64,000 nt of DNA, taken from a virus (taxonomy: Duplodnaviria > Caudoviricetes). Below the pieces are notes generated by a model. It worked only from the letters and a program-made list of their open reading frames with translations. It did not search any database and had not been told where the DNA came from. Position 1 is the stretch's first letter; every line of letters starts with the position of its first letter. The translations under genes and the position numbers were made by a program. This document shows positions 39,983 to 49,388 of this stretch, one piece after another. The DNA lies in the IMG/VR virus record IMGVR_UViG_3300042431_000223, positions 11,006 to 75,005 of that record; one strand, given 5' to 3'.

Positions 39983-42433
39983 TTATTTCTTTTTATCGTA
40001 CTTATTCTTGTTTTGTTTAGCTATCTGAAGCTTAGTATCTATGTCTTTTTCCTTTAAGTCTAATTCTCTATTCTTAAGTTTAACCTGCTCGTCATTCTTC
40101 ATCTGTTCAAAACGCATCTTAGATTGTTCTTTAGCTACGTTGGTTTGTTGGATAAGTAAGGGAGTCAAATCTTTTTCTTGTGAGAATGAACCTTCGTTAG
40201 CAATACCACGTAAACGTTCTACGTCAAGTCTATTCTGACGGTCAAGTTCCTTATTCATATCCTCACGACGAGCTTCTTCTGCTTTCTGTTGAGCGTCCAT
40301 TTGCATCTTAGCTTGGAACTGCTGATTCTGCATTTCCATTTGTTGCTGTTGTTGTTGCATTTGTTGTTGCTGCATAGAAGACTTACGCTCTTGCACTCCT
40401 TCTAGAACTTTACGTAAAGAACGTTCTGACGCTGCTGTGTACAGGTCAAAGATTTCTAAAAGCTCTGCTCCATTCTGAAGGGCAGGTTGTGCTAAACTAC
40501 GAAGTTGCTCTAAAGTAACTCTGTCCTCAGCATAAGAAGTCACAAACACGAAAAGTTCGCGAAGTAACTCATTCTTAGTTATACGTAAGAATACAGTTTC
40601 TAACTCTGAGTTTAGATAATTTAAAGTTGAAGTAGGTTTCTGTAACTCTGTGTATTGAGCCATCTCAAGCATTGTTTGGTAGACTTGTTGCATTACATTA
40701 TCATGCCAAGCAAACCAAGTTTCTGTTTGAGAAAATGATTGGGTTAAACCTTCTTTAGTTGCAGTTGCAGTTTCAGAAGGAGTAATAGAACCTAAACGCT
40801 GACGAGTCACACCAATCAACTCATAAGCTTCTGTACGAAGAGCTTGTGCTAGTTGGATACGAGATTGAATCTCAGCAGTTCTAGTTAAGTCTACACGAGA
40901 CAACTGGTTAAATTGAACTGCACCTCCTGTGTTCTCTGGGGATGTATCAATAAACAATGTACCTCTGTTCTTAGCGTTCCATAACATTGTTTCAATAGGA
41001 TCTTGAGAGTCTTTTTTAGGAACTACTTTCATATCTCCTAAGAATACTACCCCAATCTCTTTCTCTAGTAATTCCCATAATTGGTTCATACAAATGTTGT
41101 AGAGTACTTGGTACGGCTTAAGAAGGTCAAGCAAAGATTTACCTTGAGTATTACGAGTTGTATTAACTATACCTACAATCGGAGGCGTTTGACTATACTC
41201 TAAAGGTTCTACGTCAATGTAAATGTCGGCACCAATCTTAATGCCTTTCCACCACTCGTTAATCCATAACTCATCCAAGGCAATATCTCCCATTGTCTTG
41301 TCGTACTTGTAATCTTCAGAAACAAACTGTTCTTGTAAGTATCCCTCTTCGTCAATGTATTGACGTTTGTAGATTTTCTTTTTAGACTGCCAGTAACAAG
41401 TAACTACTGTATATGCATGCTGTGAGTTAAACGAAAATACGTTATGGTCAATACCGCCATTAGCAAAGTCACCTACGTTCTCAAATGTTAATTGCCACAA
41501 GGGATCATTAGGATCTGGAAGTGCAGGAGACAATGGAGAGTATTCGTTGTTACGAAGATTCTGTAAAGAACGACTATTCAAGTGTTTTACTTCTTCACCT
41601 GAAAGATTATATCTTTCTACAATCTCACTCATAGACAGTACTTCAATAGTACCTAATGCCCAACAATCTGATGTATACATAGCGTTACGATTTGCTAAGT
41701 ACCATACGTTAGAAGGGTTTTCTACTTTATAGTTAAAACCTATACGTGAGTTGTCTGGGTAAAAATGATGAAATTCTTGTCCTGTAATTAAAAAGTCTAA
41801 AAAAGCTTGACTAGACTTTTCTTTTAGTCTGAAGGCATACTTCAAAGCATTAAGAACTTTGTTGCCCCATTCTTCTGCAGTTGATGTGTAATCCAAAATC
41901 TTATTTTGAATTTCAGTCATCATCTCAGCTTGAATTTGTTCTACCTGTTCAGGAGGCATTCCTTCTAAACTAGCCATCATCTTGTTCATAAAGAACTCTT
42001 TAATCAAGTCCGTTCTGAAGTCGATGTTCTCATCTATACTAGCATCATCAACCGCTTTTACTTTATACTTAAAAGGTCTATTAATTAACTCTCCTTTTAG
42101 TTGATTAATAGGAGGATTGACAATTGGATAGTGTCTTAAATGCTGTGGGATATCTGGCTCTTGGTCAGGAGTATCTGTTAAGTAATTTAAGATTTCTTGA
42201 ATCTGAGGTTCGTTATTGTAATCGTCAAAGTTAAACTCTCCGTTAAACAGACGGTAGTTTTTGCGGAACTTAACATTTTGACGGTACTGTGCAAAAGCAA
42301 TATTTGCAAAATAATCTAAGGTCGATTTAATCCACTGAGGCTTCTTTTTTCTAGAACTAGAAACAAATTGTTCTGGGTAAAAGTATGCGTGGTTAAGTGG
42401 ATCTGTGTACTCTTTGAGTGCTTCTATAATCAT
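39983..42433 (-). CDS. Portal protein (816 aa)
   Basis: Adjacent to terminase. HYPIVNPPINQLKGE, EWWKGIKIG, YELIGVTRQRLG and a poly-Gln C-terminal coiled coil are typical of crAss-like portals. Confidence 0.85.
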   Translation of the reverse strand: MIIEALKEYTDPLNHAYFYPEQFVSSSRKKKPQWIKSTLDYFANIAFAQYRQNVKFRKNYRLFNGEFNFDDYNNEPQIQEILNYLTDTPDQEPDIPQHLRHYPIVNPPINQLKGELINRPFKYKVKAVDDASIDENIDFRTDLIKEFFMNKMMASLEGMPPEQVEQIQAEMMTEIQNKILDYTSTAEEWGNKVLNALKYAFRLKEKSSQAFLDFLITGQEFHHFYPDNSRIGFNYKVENPSNVWYLANRNAMYTSDCWALGTIEVLSMSEIVERYNLSGEEVKHLNSRSLQNLRNNEYSPLSPALPDPNDPLWQLTFENVGDFANGGIDHNVFSFNSQHAYTVVTCYWQSKKKIYKRQYIDEEGYLQEQFVSEDYKYDKTMGDIALDELWINEWWKGIKIGADIYIDVEPLEYSQTPPIVGIVNTTRNTQGKSLLDLLKPYQVLYNICMNQLWELLEKEIGVVFLGDMKVVPKKDSQDPIETMLWNAKNRGTLFIDTSPENTGGAVQFNQLSRVDLTRTAEIQSRIQLAQALRTEAYELIGVTRQRLGSITPSETATATKEGLTQSFSQTETWFAWHDNVMQQVYQTMLEMAQYTELQKPTSTLNYLNSELETVFLRITKNELLRELFVFVTSYAEDRVTLEQLRSLAQPALQNGAELLEIFDLYTAASERSLRKVLEGVQERKSSMQQQQMQQQQQQMEMQNQQFQAKMQMDAQQKAEEARREDMNKELDRQNRLDVERLRGIANEGSFSQEKDLTPLLIQQTNVAKEQSKMRFEQMKNDEQVKLKNRELDLKEKDIDTKLQIAKQNKNKYDKKK

Positions 42434-42532
42434 AACAATGGATGTTAATGTATTAACTTGTAAAGTATAACTAGCGGTAAAAATAATACCAAATCTTAAT
42501 TTTGGTACTCAAAATTTTAAAATAACTATACT

Positions 42533-44542
42533 TTAGCGTCGGAATGGGCTACCGCTAGTCCTAAAAAGTTGTCTAGATTTCGTTGTTTTAAAGTAATCTT
42601 TCATACGAGCGTCTTCTGTAGAGGACACTAATACAGACTTACTGTTTAAAGACTTTGCCATAGCTAGGGTAAGGCCAAAGGAAATAACTCGGTCGACGTT
42701 TAACTTGGGAGTAAACTTAATTAATTCTTTTAAAAGTAAAGGATCTAAAATTCTAGTAACTCCAAGTCTTTCTTTAATTACGTTTCCTGCCTCATCTGTC
42801 TCTCGGTCTATTACCTCAGTAATGTATTCTATAATCAAAGAGTTTAAGTAATCCTTAATGTCAGTAGTCATGTGAATTCCATACTCACGATTTACCGCAC
42901 TATTAGGGTGAATGTCGTTTAAGAATGAAGGTGTACGCTCTAAGTAAAATGCAGACTCATTCTTTTCAATACAATGCTGAATAAATCCCATATCCATGTT
43001 TTCACAAAGAGTCTTTGCATTGTAGTACTTAAGAAGCATTTTAGTTGTTTCATACCAAGTTTCTATTTTCTTAGGACGACCTGTGTAGGCAGCCACTACA
43101 ATGTTAGACCAACCTTCCCCAGCAATATCATGTACTCTCTTATATATGTAAGTAGAGCCTAATGAGGTAGAGTACTTGGCTTGAGATTGTTTGTATGGGT
43201 CAGTTCCTGCTGTGTACAGTCCGTAGGGTGCACCTAATATAGGATACTCCCAAATCTGTATGCAACCCTCAAGATTGTCTGTTGGTTTAGAAGGAAAATT
43301 GTTTACAGGTTTTTTGTCCGTAAACTTGTGGGCAATAGTTCCATCAGACTTTTTAACTAACTCTACATAGTCTGGGTTAGCGTCCAAAGAAGTTATCTTT
43401 TGTAACTGTTCTTGTAACAGATCTACAGGAAAGATGTTTTGAGAAAGTTCTAAAAAGCATTCTTCATGATTTAATGGATAATACATTACCTCTTTAAGAT
43501 ATGCCTCTAAACCACTTGACTTCTTAATTTGCTCTCTAGACTTTAAAATTAGTTCCTTTCCTTTTTGCTCATCAGATACCCATATTGTTATATTGTCTAA
43601 TTCCGATGAATCTGGACTTTGCAAGTAAAGACCAAAAGGTTTAGGTTCTTTAGGAACCTTCAAAGACTTAGTACCTGGAATAAATAAACCGTAAGATTTA
43701 CCTGAATCTAATGACTCAACAGGAAGAAAGTTATACGCTTCAGGGTTATTGAAGAGTTCTTCAAGATCCCCTGCTTTAGTCATATCTCCCGAAGTCCCAA
43801 TGACAAAAGGAGAACAACGCCATCCATATGGGCTGTCAAAACAAGGAGTAGTTGCCGCCAAACAATTGAGAATCTTTCCTTTTCCTCCTTCCTCCAAGAG
43901 AAAAGAAGATAAAGTAAGACCAGCAGCTGCTTCCGTATTGTTGCCCTCATCGAAGTTTCGGATGTGAAATTTGGACCATTCATGTCTTACGTTTTGTTTG
44001 TCTTTGTATCCAAGAGTTACTTGTCGTTTCCAGTCGTCTTCAATACGTGGAAACTTAAAGTACTCGGGTAAATTCCGTAAACCTAAGTCTACGTATTCTG
44101 TTATGATTTTTAAGTCAGGTCCGTTAAGTGCAGAGATTAAATTGTCGCTACCTTTTTGAGTAACTGATTTATGGGTAATATACGATGAAGTCAATACCGA
44201 CTTGGATATACGTCGACTACCTACCATCACAACTCCTTTCTTACCGTCAGGATGATTTTCTGCTTTATGGATAGCTTCGTCTACTGCTAGGTACGTATCC
44301 CAAAGCTGAGGACGGTCAAGTTTTCGAACCTGCCGTTTACCTACTATAGTATCTACGTAGATAGACCAATAATTTAAGTGCCAATAAATAAAAGGAGAAA
44401 AGTAAAAACCATTTATAGTTATTCCTTCAGTTATCTTTTTGTCCTCTGCTTCCCAAAAAGAAACATACTCTGACGATTCTTTGTCAGGGACAGATTTCAT
44501 ATTAACAAAAAACTCTGGACTGTCCGTATACATATTAACCAA
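42533..44542 (-). CDS. terL: Terminase large subunit (669 aa)
   Basis: ATPase motifs GSRRISKS and FLLEEGGK, VIGTSG coupling motif, nuclease domain YTAGTDPY...NVDRVISF. Confidence 0.9.
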   Translation of the reverse strand: MVNMYTDSPEFFVNMKSVPDKESSEYVSFWEAEDKKITEGITINGFYFSPFIYWHLNYWSIYVDTIVGKRQVRKLDRPQLWDTYLAVDEAIHKAENHPDGKKGVVMVGSRRISKSVLTSSYITHKSVTQKGSDNLISALNGPDLKIITEYVDLGLRNLPEYFKFPRIEDDWKRQVTLGYKDKQNVRHEWSKFHIRNFDEGNNTEAAAGLTLSSFLLEEGGKGKILNCLAATTPCFDSPYGWRCSPFVIGTSGDMTKAGDLEELFNNPEAYNFLPVESLDSGKSYGLFIPGTKSLKVPKEPKPFGLYLQSPDSSELDNITIWVSDEQKGKELILKSREQIKKSSGLEAYLKEVMYYPLNHEECFLELSQNIFPVDLLQEQLQKITSLDANPDYVELVKKSDGTIAHKFTDKKPVNNFPSKPTDNLEGCIQIWEYPILGAPYGLYTAGTDPYKQSQAKYSTSLGSTYIYKRVHDIAGEGWSNIVVAAYTGRPKKIETWYETTKMLLKYYNAKTLCENMDMGFIQHCIEKNESAFYLERTPSFLNDIHPNSAVNREYGIHMTTDIKDYLNSLIIEYITEVIDRETDEAGNVIKERLGVTRILDPLLLKELIKFTPKLNVDRVISFGLTLAMAKSLNSKSVLVSSTEDARMKDYFKTTKSRQLFRTSGSPFRR

Positions 44543-44852
44543 ATTTACTCATCTTACCATTTACTTCTTGAGAACCTCTTATCTCAAGCTTGGCTTCTTC
44601 TTTTTCACGTAATTTGTCTACTACGTCTAACAACGCAAGATACTCTTTCATTGTATCTCGGATAGATTTTATTTGCTGTTCAATGGAAGCAATTACCATT
44701 GGGATAGAACCTCCTTTAGAAGTCGGCTTCCATTCCACACGGTCTTTCAAAGAATTAAGAGGATTCTTATCTACATACTCTCTCCACTCTCCTAATTTTT
44801 CTTCTGCCCAGTCTAACTCAGCAGAAATATAAGATTGTTTTTTCTGTGCCAT
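44535..44852 (-). CDS. Helical protein upstream of terL, possible small terminase subunit (~105 aa)
   Basis: Overlaps the terL start; coiled-coil. ATG at 44852 is preferred to the ORF-track start 44876. Function inferred from position only. Confidence 0.45.
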   Translation of the reverse strand: MAQKKQSYISAELDWAEEKLGEWREYVDKNPLNSLKDRVEWKPTSKGGSIPMVIASIEQQIKSIRDTMKEYLALLDVVDKLREKEEAKLEIRGSQEVNGKMSKFG

Positions 44853-44856
44853 ACTA

Positions 44857-45057
44857 TTAACTATCGTACTTTGCAATAAACTCAGCTATAGGAAGATTAC
44901 CAAAGTCTTCTAGAACGCGAGCATAAAAATCATCGTTGCGTCCTGTTTTACCATACGAGTATCCTACCTTCCAAAAAATCTTAGTTACAGTAAATAAGTT
45001 ATCTTGAAAAGTAGGATTACTCTCAGGCTTGGTTTGTTTGGTTGGTTGTTTTGTCAT
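44857..45057 (-). CDS. Hypothetical protein (66 aa)
   Basis: ORF track; co-oriented and tightly packed. Confidence 0.55.
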   Translation of the reverse strand: MTKQPTKQTKPESNPTFQDNLFTVTKIFWKVGYSYGKTGRNDDFYARVLEDFGNLPIAEFIAKYDS

Positions 45058-45060
45058 AGA

Positions 45061-45216
45061 TTAAGATTTAATCTCTTCTAGCTTAGTGTCAGCTGGAAGA
45101 TAATAAACTTCTACCCCACACTTGGTGCCTTTGTTTCCTCCGCAACCGTTAAGAATACGAAGTGATTTCTTCAGGTTAGAAATACCTGTTTTTGATTTTA
45201 AAAATGGTTTTTTCAT
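45061..45216 (-). CDS. Small basic protein, 51 aa (not in ORF track)
   Basis: Own translation: MKKPFLKSKTGISNLKKSLRILNGCGGNKGTKCGVEVYYLPADTKLEEIKS. Fills the gap exactly. Confidence 0.6.
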   Translation of the reverse strand: MKKPFLKSKTGISNLKKSLRILNGCGGNKGTKCGVEVYYLPADTKLEEIKS

Positions 45217-45227
45217 ATAATATAGTT

Positions 45228-45602
45228 TTAAGGTTTCTTAATCCACTTTAGCTCTAGTTTCTTTTGAGAGTTTTTAGAGTTCCAGTCTTTAATACCACAG
45301 TCACAAGTAAGACAAGCAGTCTTTAACTCGATAACACAACCACATAACGAACAATGAAAGTCGGATCTTCCTGTCGAGTATGGCTTGCCGTTGAGAGAAT
45401 GATATTCGGGAGATACTGTTGCATTTCTTGAATTGTAGGGACAGTTAAGACATATATCCATTCTTTCACTAATACGTTCCTTATCATCATCATTTAGTAA
45501 ATTGAATTCTTTCAATGTCTTGTTGCTGATGCCTTCCACTATCTTGTCCGCGTTCTTTACTCCCTGCTTCAGCAAGTTCATGTAATTTGCAAATGGATTC
45601 AT
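45228..45602 (-). CDS. Cys-rich putative zinc-binding protein (124 aa)
   Basis: CLNCP...HCSLCGC...CLTCDC. Confidence 0.65.
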   Translation of the reverse strand: MNPFANYMNLLKQGVKNADKIVEGISNKTLKEFNLLNDDDKERISERMDICLNCPYNSRNATVSPEYHSLNGKPYSTGRSDFHCSLCGCVIELKTACLTCDCGIKDWNSKNSQKKLELKWIKKP

Positions 45603-46053
45603 ATAATTGGTCTAATCGGGTTTGTTGAAAATCTATTAATCTTTGCCTCTGTTTATAGTACATTGGCTTATCAAATATAGGCTCTTTTAAAAGTATTTCG
45701 ATTTTCTCTAAGCCTTCTTCGTATAACTTTTTGTAGTTGTCATAAATATCATTCATAAAACGCGCTCTGGTTTTAGTATGATACTTAGGAAACTTAACCA
45801 TAAACTGAGCCATCTCTCGGTACCGTACTATGTTATAGTACAAGATGTTTGGAATGCATGCTGGGTTTGCTCTAAACATTCCAAGTCCTTTAAGATATAC
45901 TTGTTTAGTTTCGGTTTTCTTCAAAGAGTCTACTATCTCAGCTATGTACCAAGAATATACTTCATCTACATCTGCACTTTTGCATTCTAGTTCGCGTGCT
46001 ACTGTGCTGTAGAGTCCAAATACTTTTAACTCTATTTGAAGATCTTTCCTCAT
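45490..46053 (-). CDS. Putative HU/IHF-like protein (187 aa)
   Basis: VARELECKSADVDEVYSWYIAEIVDSLKK...VYLKGLGMF matches the HU N-terminal pattern. The 3' end overlaps the next gene by 113 nt. Confidence 0.5.
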   Translation of the reverse strand: MRKDLQIELKVFGLYSTVARELECKSADVDEVYSWYIAEIVDSLKKTETKQVYLKGLGMFRANPACIPNILYYNIVRYREMAQFMVKFPKYHTKTRARFMNDIYDNYKKLYEEGLEKIEILLKEPIFDKPMYYKQRQRLIDFQQTRLDQLYESICKLHELAEAGSKERGQDSGRHQQQDIERIQFTK

Positions 46054-46430
46054 ACAGGAGTGTTCTCTGTTACACTAGGTTCTTCAGTTGTTGCTTTTTT
46101 AAATTTTCCTTTAGCTTCTAAAACAAAGTAAATAGTTAACCCAGCTTGAGTATCACTTTCAGGTTTCAATTTAGGATTGACGTTGTTCTTTAAAAGCAAC
46201 TGCTGCTTTCTAAGTTTAGTAATAGTGTTTGAAATAACTTGTGTGCTTGTGCCAAACTTGTCTGCAATTTCTTTTTTAGTTTCGGAAGTTAAAGCTTTTC
46301 GATAACTAGAGTATGCCAAGATTGTTACAGATAAATCTGACAATCGGTATCCTGCAAGTCTTAATAATACGTCAATGTAATCCTTGTGAATGTAAATAGG
46401 GTCGGGATATTTCCGCAAAAGTTTTTTCAT
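46050..46430 (-). CDS. Winged helix-turn-helix DNA-binding protein (126 aa)
   Basis: TKKEIADKFGTSTQVISNTITKLRKQQLL. Confidence 0.65.
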   Translation of the reverse strand: MKKLLRKYPDPIYIHKDYIDVLLRLAGYRLSDLSVTILAYSSYRKALTSETKKEIADKFGTSTQVISNTITKLRKQQLLLKNNVNPKLKPESDTQAGLTIYFVLEAKGKFKKATTEEPSVTENTPV

Positions 46431-46460
46431 ACTGTGGTTGGTTGTCTGTTACAACTAATG

Positions 46461-46490
46461 CAAATATACCACTACAATATAAAAAGTCAA
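46461..46490 (-). promoter_or_regulatory. Bacteroidota primary-sigma-type promoter (TTG-N19-TATATTTG)
   Basis: Minus strand TTGACTTTTTATATTGTAGTGGTATATTTG upstream of 46430. Confidence 0.7.
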
Positions 46491-46579
46491 GTCATAAGTT
46501 ATAACTAATTAAGTTAAAACAAAAACTTAACACAAAAAGTTAAGATACTGTTAATCTGGGAGAACCCAGTAAATACGGG

Positions 46580-47020
46580 CTACAGCTCCTTAATCAAATC
46601 AATTAAGCACTTCTCTACAGCTCTAGAATATGCTTTTTTATTGTGAGGAATTTCTTCAACCGTTAAGAACATTGCATTAACATATACAGTCTTTACGTTC
46701 CTAGAATAATGTGTAATGTTATTAGCTGTGATAGACATATTGACTACATAATCCCTTTTTAATAACTGTATTCCTATAATGTTTATAAGCCGTTGGGGTA
46801 ATGCAATTGTATTAATTGCTAGTTCTACTTTAATGCCTGTGTCACACAAAGCATATTTATTTGCAATTAATTGTTCTGCCGTAGCTACTACTCCAAAATC
46901 AACAGGTCTACCTGCTATAGTACGTAGGTGGGTGTGGTTGCGCACAGTGTCAATCTTATAACATTGAGCGTTTAGTGTAACTGCAAATGCAGTCAGTAGG
47001 ATTATAATTAGTTTTTTCAT
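46580..47020 (-). CDS. Secreted protein with Sec signal peptide (146 aa)
   Basis: MKKLIIILLTAFAVTLNA-QCY; alpha/beta mature domain. Confidence 0.7.
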   Translation of the reverse strand: MKKLIIILLTAFAVTLNAQCYKIDTVRNHTHLRTIAGRPVDFGVVATAEQLIANKYALCDTGIKVELAINTIALPQRLINIIGIQLLKRDYVVNMSITANNITHYSRNVKTVYVNAMFLTVEEIPHNKKAYSRAVEKCLIDLIKEL

Positions 47021-47022
47021 GG

Positions 47023-48006
47023 TTAATAAGTTACTTGTCCTGAGTATCCTGGAGCAATAAGATATAGATTTAGTGTGCCTCCTGTAGTAAGGGTTGAAGT
47101 CGTAAATGTACTTACTCCAGGATAAGTTGTGCGTACATTTACTTTAGATGCAACTATGGCATTATATTGAGCAAGTGTAAAGATTCTTACATCAGGCGCA
47201 CTTCTCCATCGATTAAATCTTCCTGACTTTCTAGCAGATAAATAATACTTGTCTGCTATGTTTATTCTTCCATCATCATTAAGATCAAATCTATGATAGG
47301 AAAGACCGTTAATTGTAGTCTTACCTAAGATAATATTAGAAATGCTTTGTATGTCTGTATTGGTGTAAGCCTGAACTCTAGTAGGAGCGTCTACCTCAAT
47401 GTAATACTCTTTGGAGGGGTCGTAGGCTTCTGAGATAGAGTAATACCCTGCAGAGTTAGTGTAGATTGTTTTGTAAAGTGTCCACGAAGAAGTAGTTACT
47501 ACATAATTAAATTCTAATACATAGGGAAGACTAACATTGTTAGGTAAGTCATTCCATCTACCATTAGATACAAACTGTACGTAGTCTTCGTTACCTGCGT
47601 TGTTTGGTTCTCCAGAGTTCCAGTTTTTATAAGAGTAAGTTTCTCCTGTTACCCATCTCCAAGTTCCCTCAGTTACTTCGTCTGTAAGTCCTATCCATCC
47701 TGAAGGCCAAATATTAAATATAAAACTTTGTTCTGCTGCACTAGTAATAGTTACTAAATAACCACCCATAGCTGCGCAGTTAGCCCTAGCAGTAGTCCAA
47801 GTAGCACTACCTGTAGAACGATAGTAAGAGTGTCCGTTATAATTTTGTTGGTTAGTAAATCCTGCAATAGTAGAGTTTGTTCTTCTGTAGAGTTTAACAG
47901 GTACGTTAGCTGCTCCAGAACCATTTGCATTATAGAGATACCCCGAATAATTAAATTGGGCTATTAGGGGAGTCGAGAATAAAAAAAGAACAATCAGCCA
48001 TCTCAT
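47023..48006 (-). CDS. Secreted C-type lectin domain protein with dockerin-like Ca-binding domain (327 aa)
   Basis: Signal peptide ...LIA-QF. CTL motifs NGHSYY, WTTARANCAAMGGYLVTITSAAEQ, WIGL, WNSGEPNN, EDYVQF, WND. Then DLNDDGRINIAD. Confidence 0.8.
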   Translation of the reverse strand: MRWLIVLFLFSTPLIAQFNYSGYLYNANGSGAANVPVKLYRRTNSTIAGFTNQQNYNGHSYYRSTGSATWTTARANCAAMGGYLVTITSAAEQSFIFNIWPSGWIGLTDEVTEGTWRWVTGETYSYKNWNSGEPNNAGNEDYVQFVSNGRWNDLPNNVSLPYVLEFNYVVTTSSWTLYKTIYTNSAGYYSISEAYDPSKEYYIEVDAPTRVQAYTNTDIQSISNIILGKTTINGLSYHRFDLNDDGRINIADKYYLSARKSGRFNRWRSAPDVRIFTLAQYNAIVASKVNVRTTYPGVSTFTTSTLTTGGTLNLYLIAPGYSGQVTY

Positions 48007-49388
48007 ATCTTTAATTTACCTCCCATTAAGATTTGATAGTTTACTATATCTTGATTTGCGATATATGTACCTCCCGCAGTCAAGCCAAATTTAAAAGTCT
48101 TAGTTATAGAGTAATTAATGTTTAGGAACGGAACTATAATAGGCTGAGACTCAAATAAACTTTCAGTGTAGTATTTTGTGTATGGTGCGTACACACTAGC
48201 TGCGATAATGGTAGCATCAATATGTTTAGTTAGTTGTCCTTTATACATAAAACCACCAATTAATAAAGTAGAGATTACTTCTTCTTTAAATAACTCTCCA
48301 TAAGAAGCGGCTGCTCCATACAGAGCTGTAAAGTTCTTTAACGAATTTACTCTTACAAAGAGCAGTGAGCCGTTGTAAGACCGAGGCATTAAGTTAATTC
48401 CAGCAGATAATACGTTAATGTGCTTATGCCCTTTTTTGTTAACGCCCATCCAAGATTGCATAGCATTAAAGTTTCCAATCTTTGCATTAACCATATAGTC
48501 AGCAGACAATCCAATTGAAGCTGTGCCATCTCCTTTAACACGAGTGAAAGACATAGTACCACGTGCATCTTGTGCTTGGTCTTTGACTGTCTGAACACCA
48601 ACAATGTCTCCTGTAACTAGGATAGCTGGTTTCTGTGTTTCTACTTTACCTTTTGCTGCTGACTTTGCAGATGCACTTCCACCTGCTTGTTGTGTTTCAG
48701 ATTTTTGTTCTTCTATTTTTTCAGGGGTTTTTTCTTCGGCTGGAGTTTCGCCTTCTCCTCCACTTCCACCACTTCCACTAGAACCTCCTTTAGATTTGCT
48801 TCCAACACTTACTTGTCCTTGCGACGTATTGGACCCTTGTCCAGATGATTCCCCACCTTGACCAGAGTTATCCCCAGAATTACCAGTAGAATTATTACCT
48901 CCATTACTACTAGACTTGTCGTTCGAACCTTCATTTTTACTGTCTGTTGTATTTGTTGTTCCTGAAGATGTTGTACTACCTATAGAAGTACTTGATCCCA
49001 TAGAAGTTGAAGATAAATCTAAACTAGATATTGAGTTTAAATTCATCACACTACTAACTAAAGATGTTACTGTATTAGTTGAAGTAGTGGTTGTAGTTGT
49101 TGAAAATACTCCTTCGCAGGGTTTAGAGTTCCGAAAATTCAAGTAGGTAGTATTTAACCAGTTGTCAAATGTACCGTCTTGAAGTTCTGCGTAACTAAAA
49201 CTTCTAACTTGCCTATAGTAACTAATCACTATAGGAGAGTTCATATCTGCGAATATAAACTTTAGCTCTTTTGTACACGGATCTGTGTACGAATATGTAA
49301 AGGACTGAGCGTTTAAACCCAGTCCTATACACATAAACAAGATTAATATGTTAACTCTTAAAGACACCGTTTCTAATAAGGTTTTCAA
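48003..49388 (-). CDS. Secreted protein: N-domain, Ser/Gly/Thr linker, putative outer-membrane beta-barrel (461 aa)
   Basis: Signal peptide ...GLGLNA-QSF, low-complexity linker, C-terminal ~200 aa of amphipathic strands ending YQILMGGKLKI. Confidence 0.55.
   Translation of the reverse strand: MKTLLETVSLRVNILILFMCIGLGLNAQSFTYSYTDPCTKELKFIFADMNSPIVISYYRQVRSFSYAELQDGTFDNWLNTTYLNFRNSKPCEGVFSTTTTTTSTNTVTSLVSSVMNLNSISSLDLSSTSMGSSTSIGSTTSSGTTNTTDSKNEGSNDKSSSNGGNNSTGNSGDNSGQGGESSGQGSNTSQGQVSVGSKSKGGSSGSGGSGGEGETPAEEKTPEKIEEQKSETQQAGGSASAKSAAKGKVETQKPAILVTGDIVGVQTVKDQAQDARGTMSFTRVKGDGTASIGLSADYMVNAKIGNFNAMQSWMGVNKKGHKHINVLSAGINLMPRSYNGSLLFVRVNSLKNFTALYGAAASYGELFKEEVISTLLIGGFMYKGQLTKHIDATIIAASVYAPYTKYYTESLFESQPIIVPFLNINYSITKTFKFGLTAGGTYIANQDIVNYQILMGGKLKI

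Noticed and set aside
42533-44542. Intein or intron in terminase (also checked MCP, portal and the visible part of the RNAP)
   Set aside because: Lengths are normal and no LAGLIDADG or Hint (C...HN) signatures were seen by eye.
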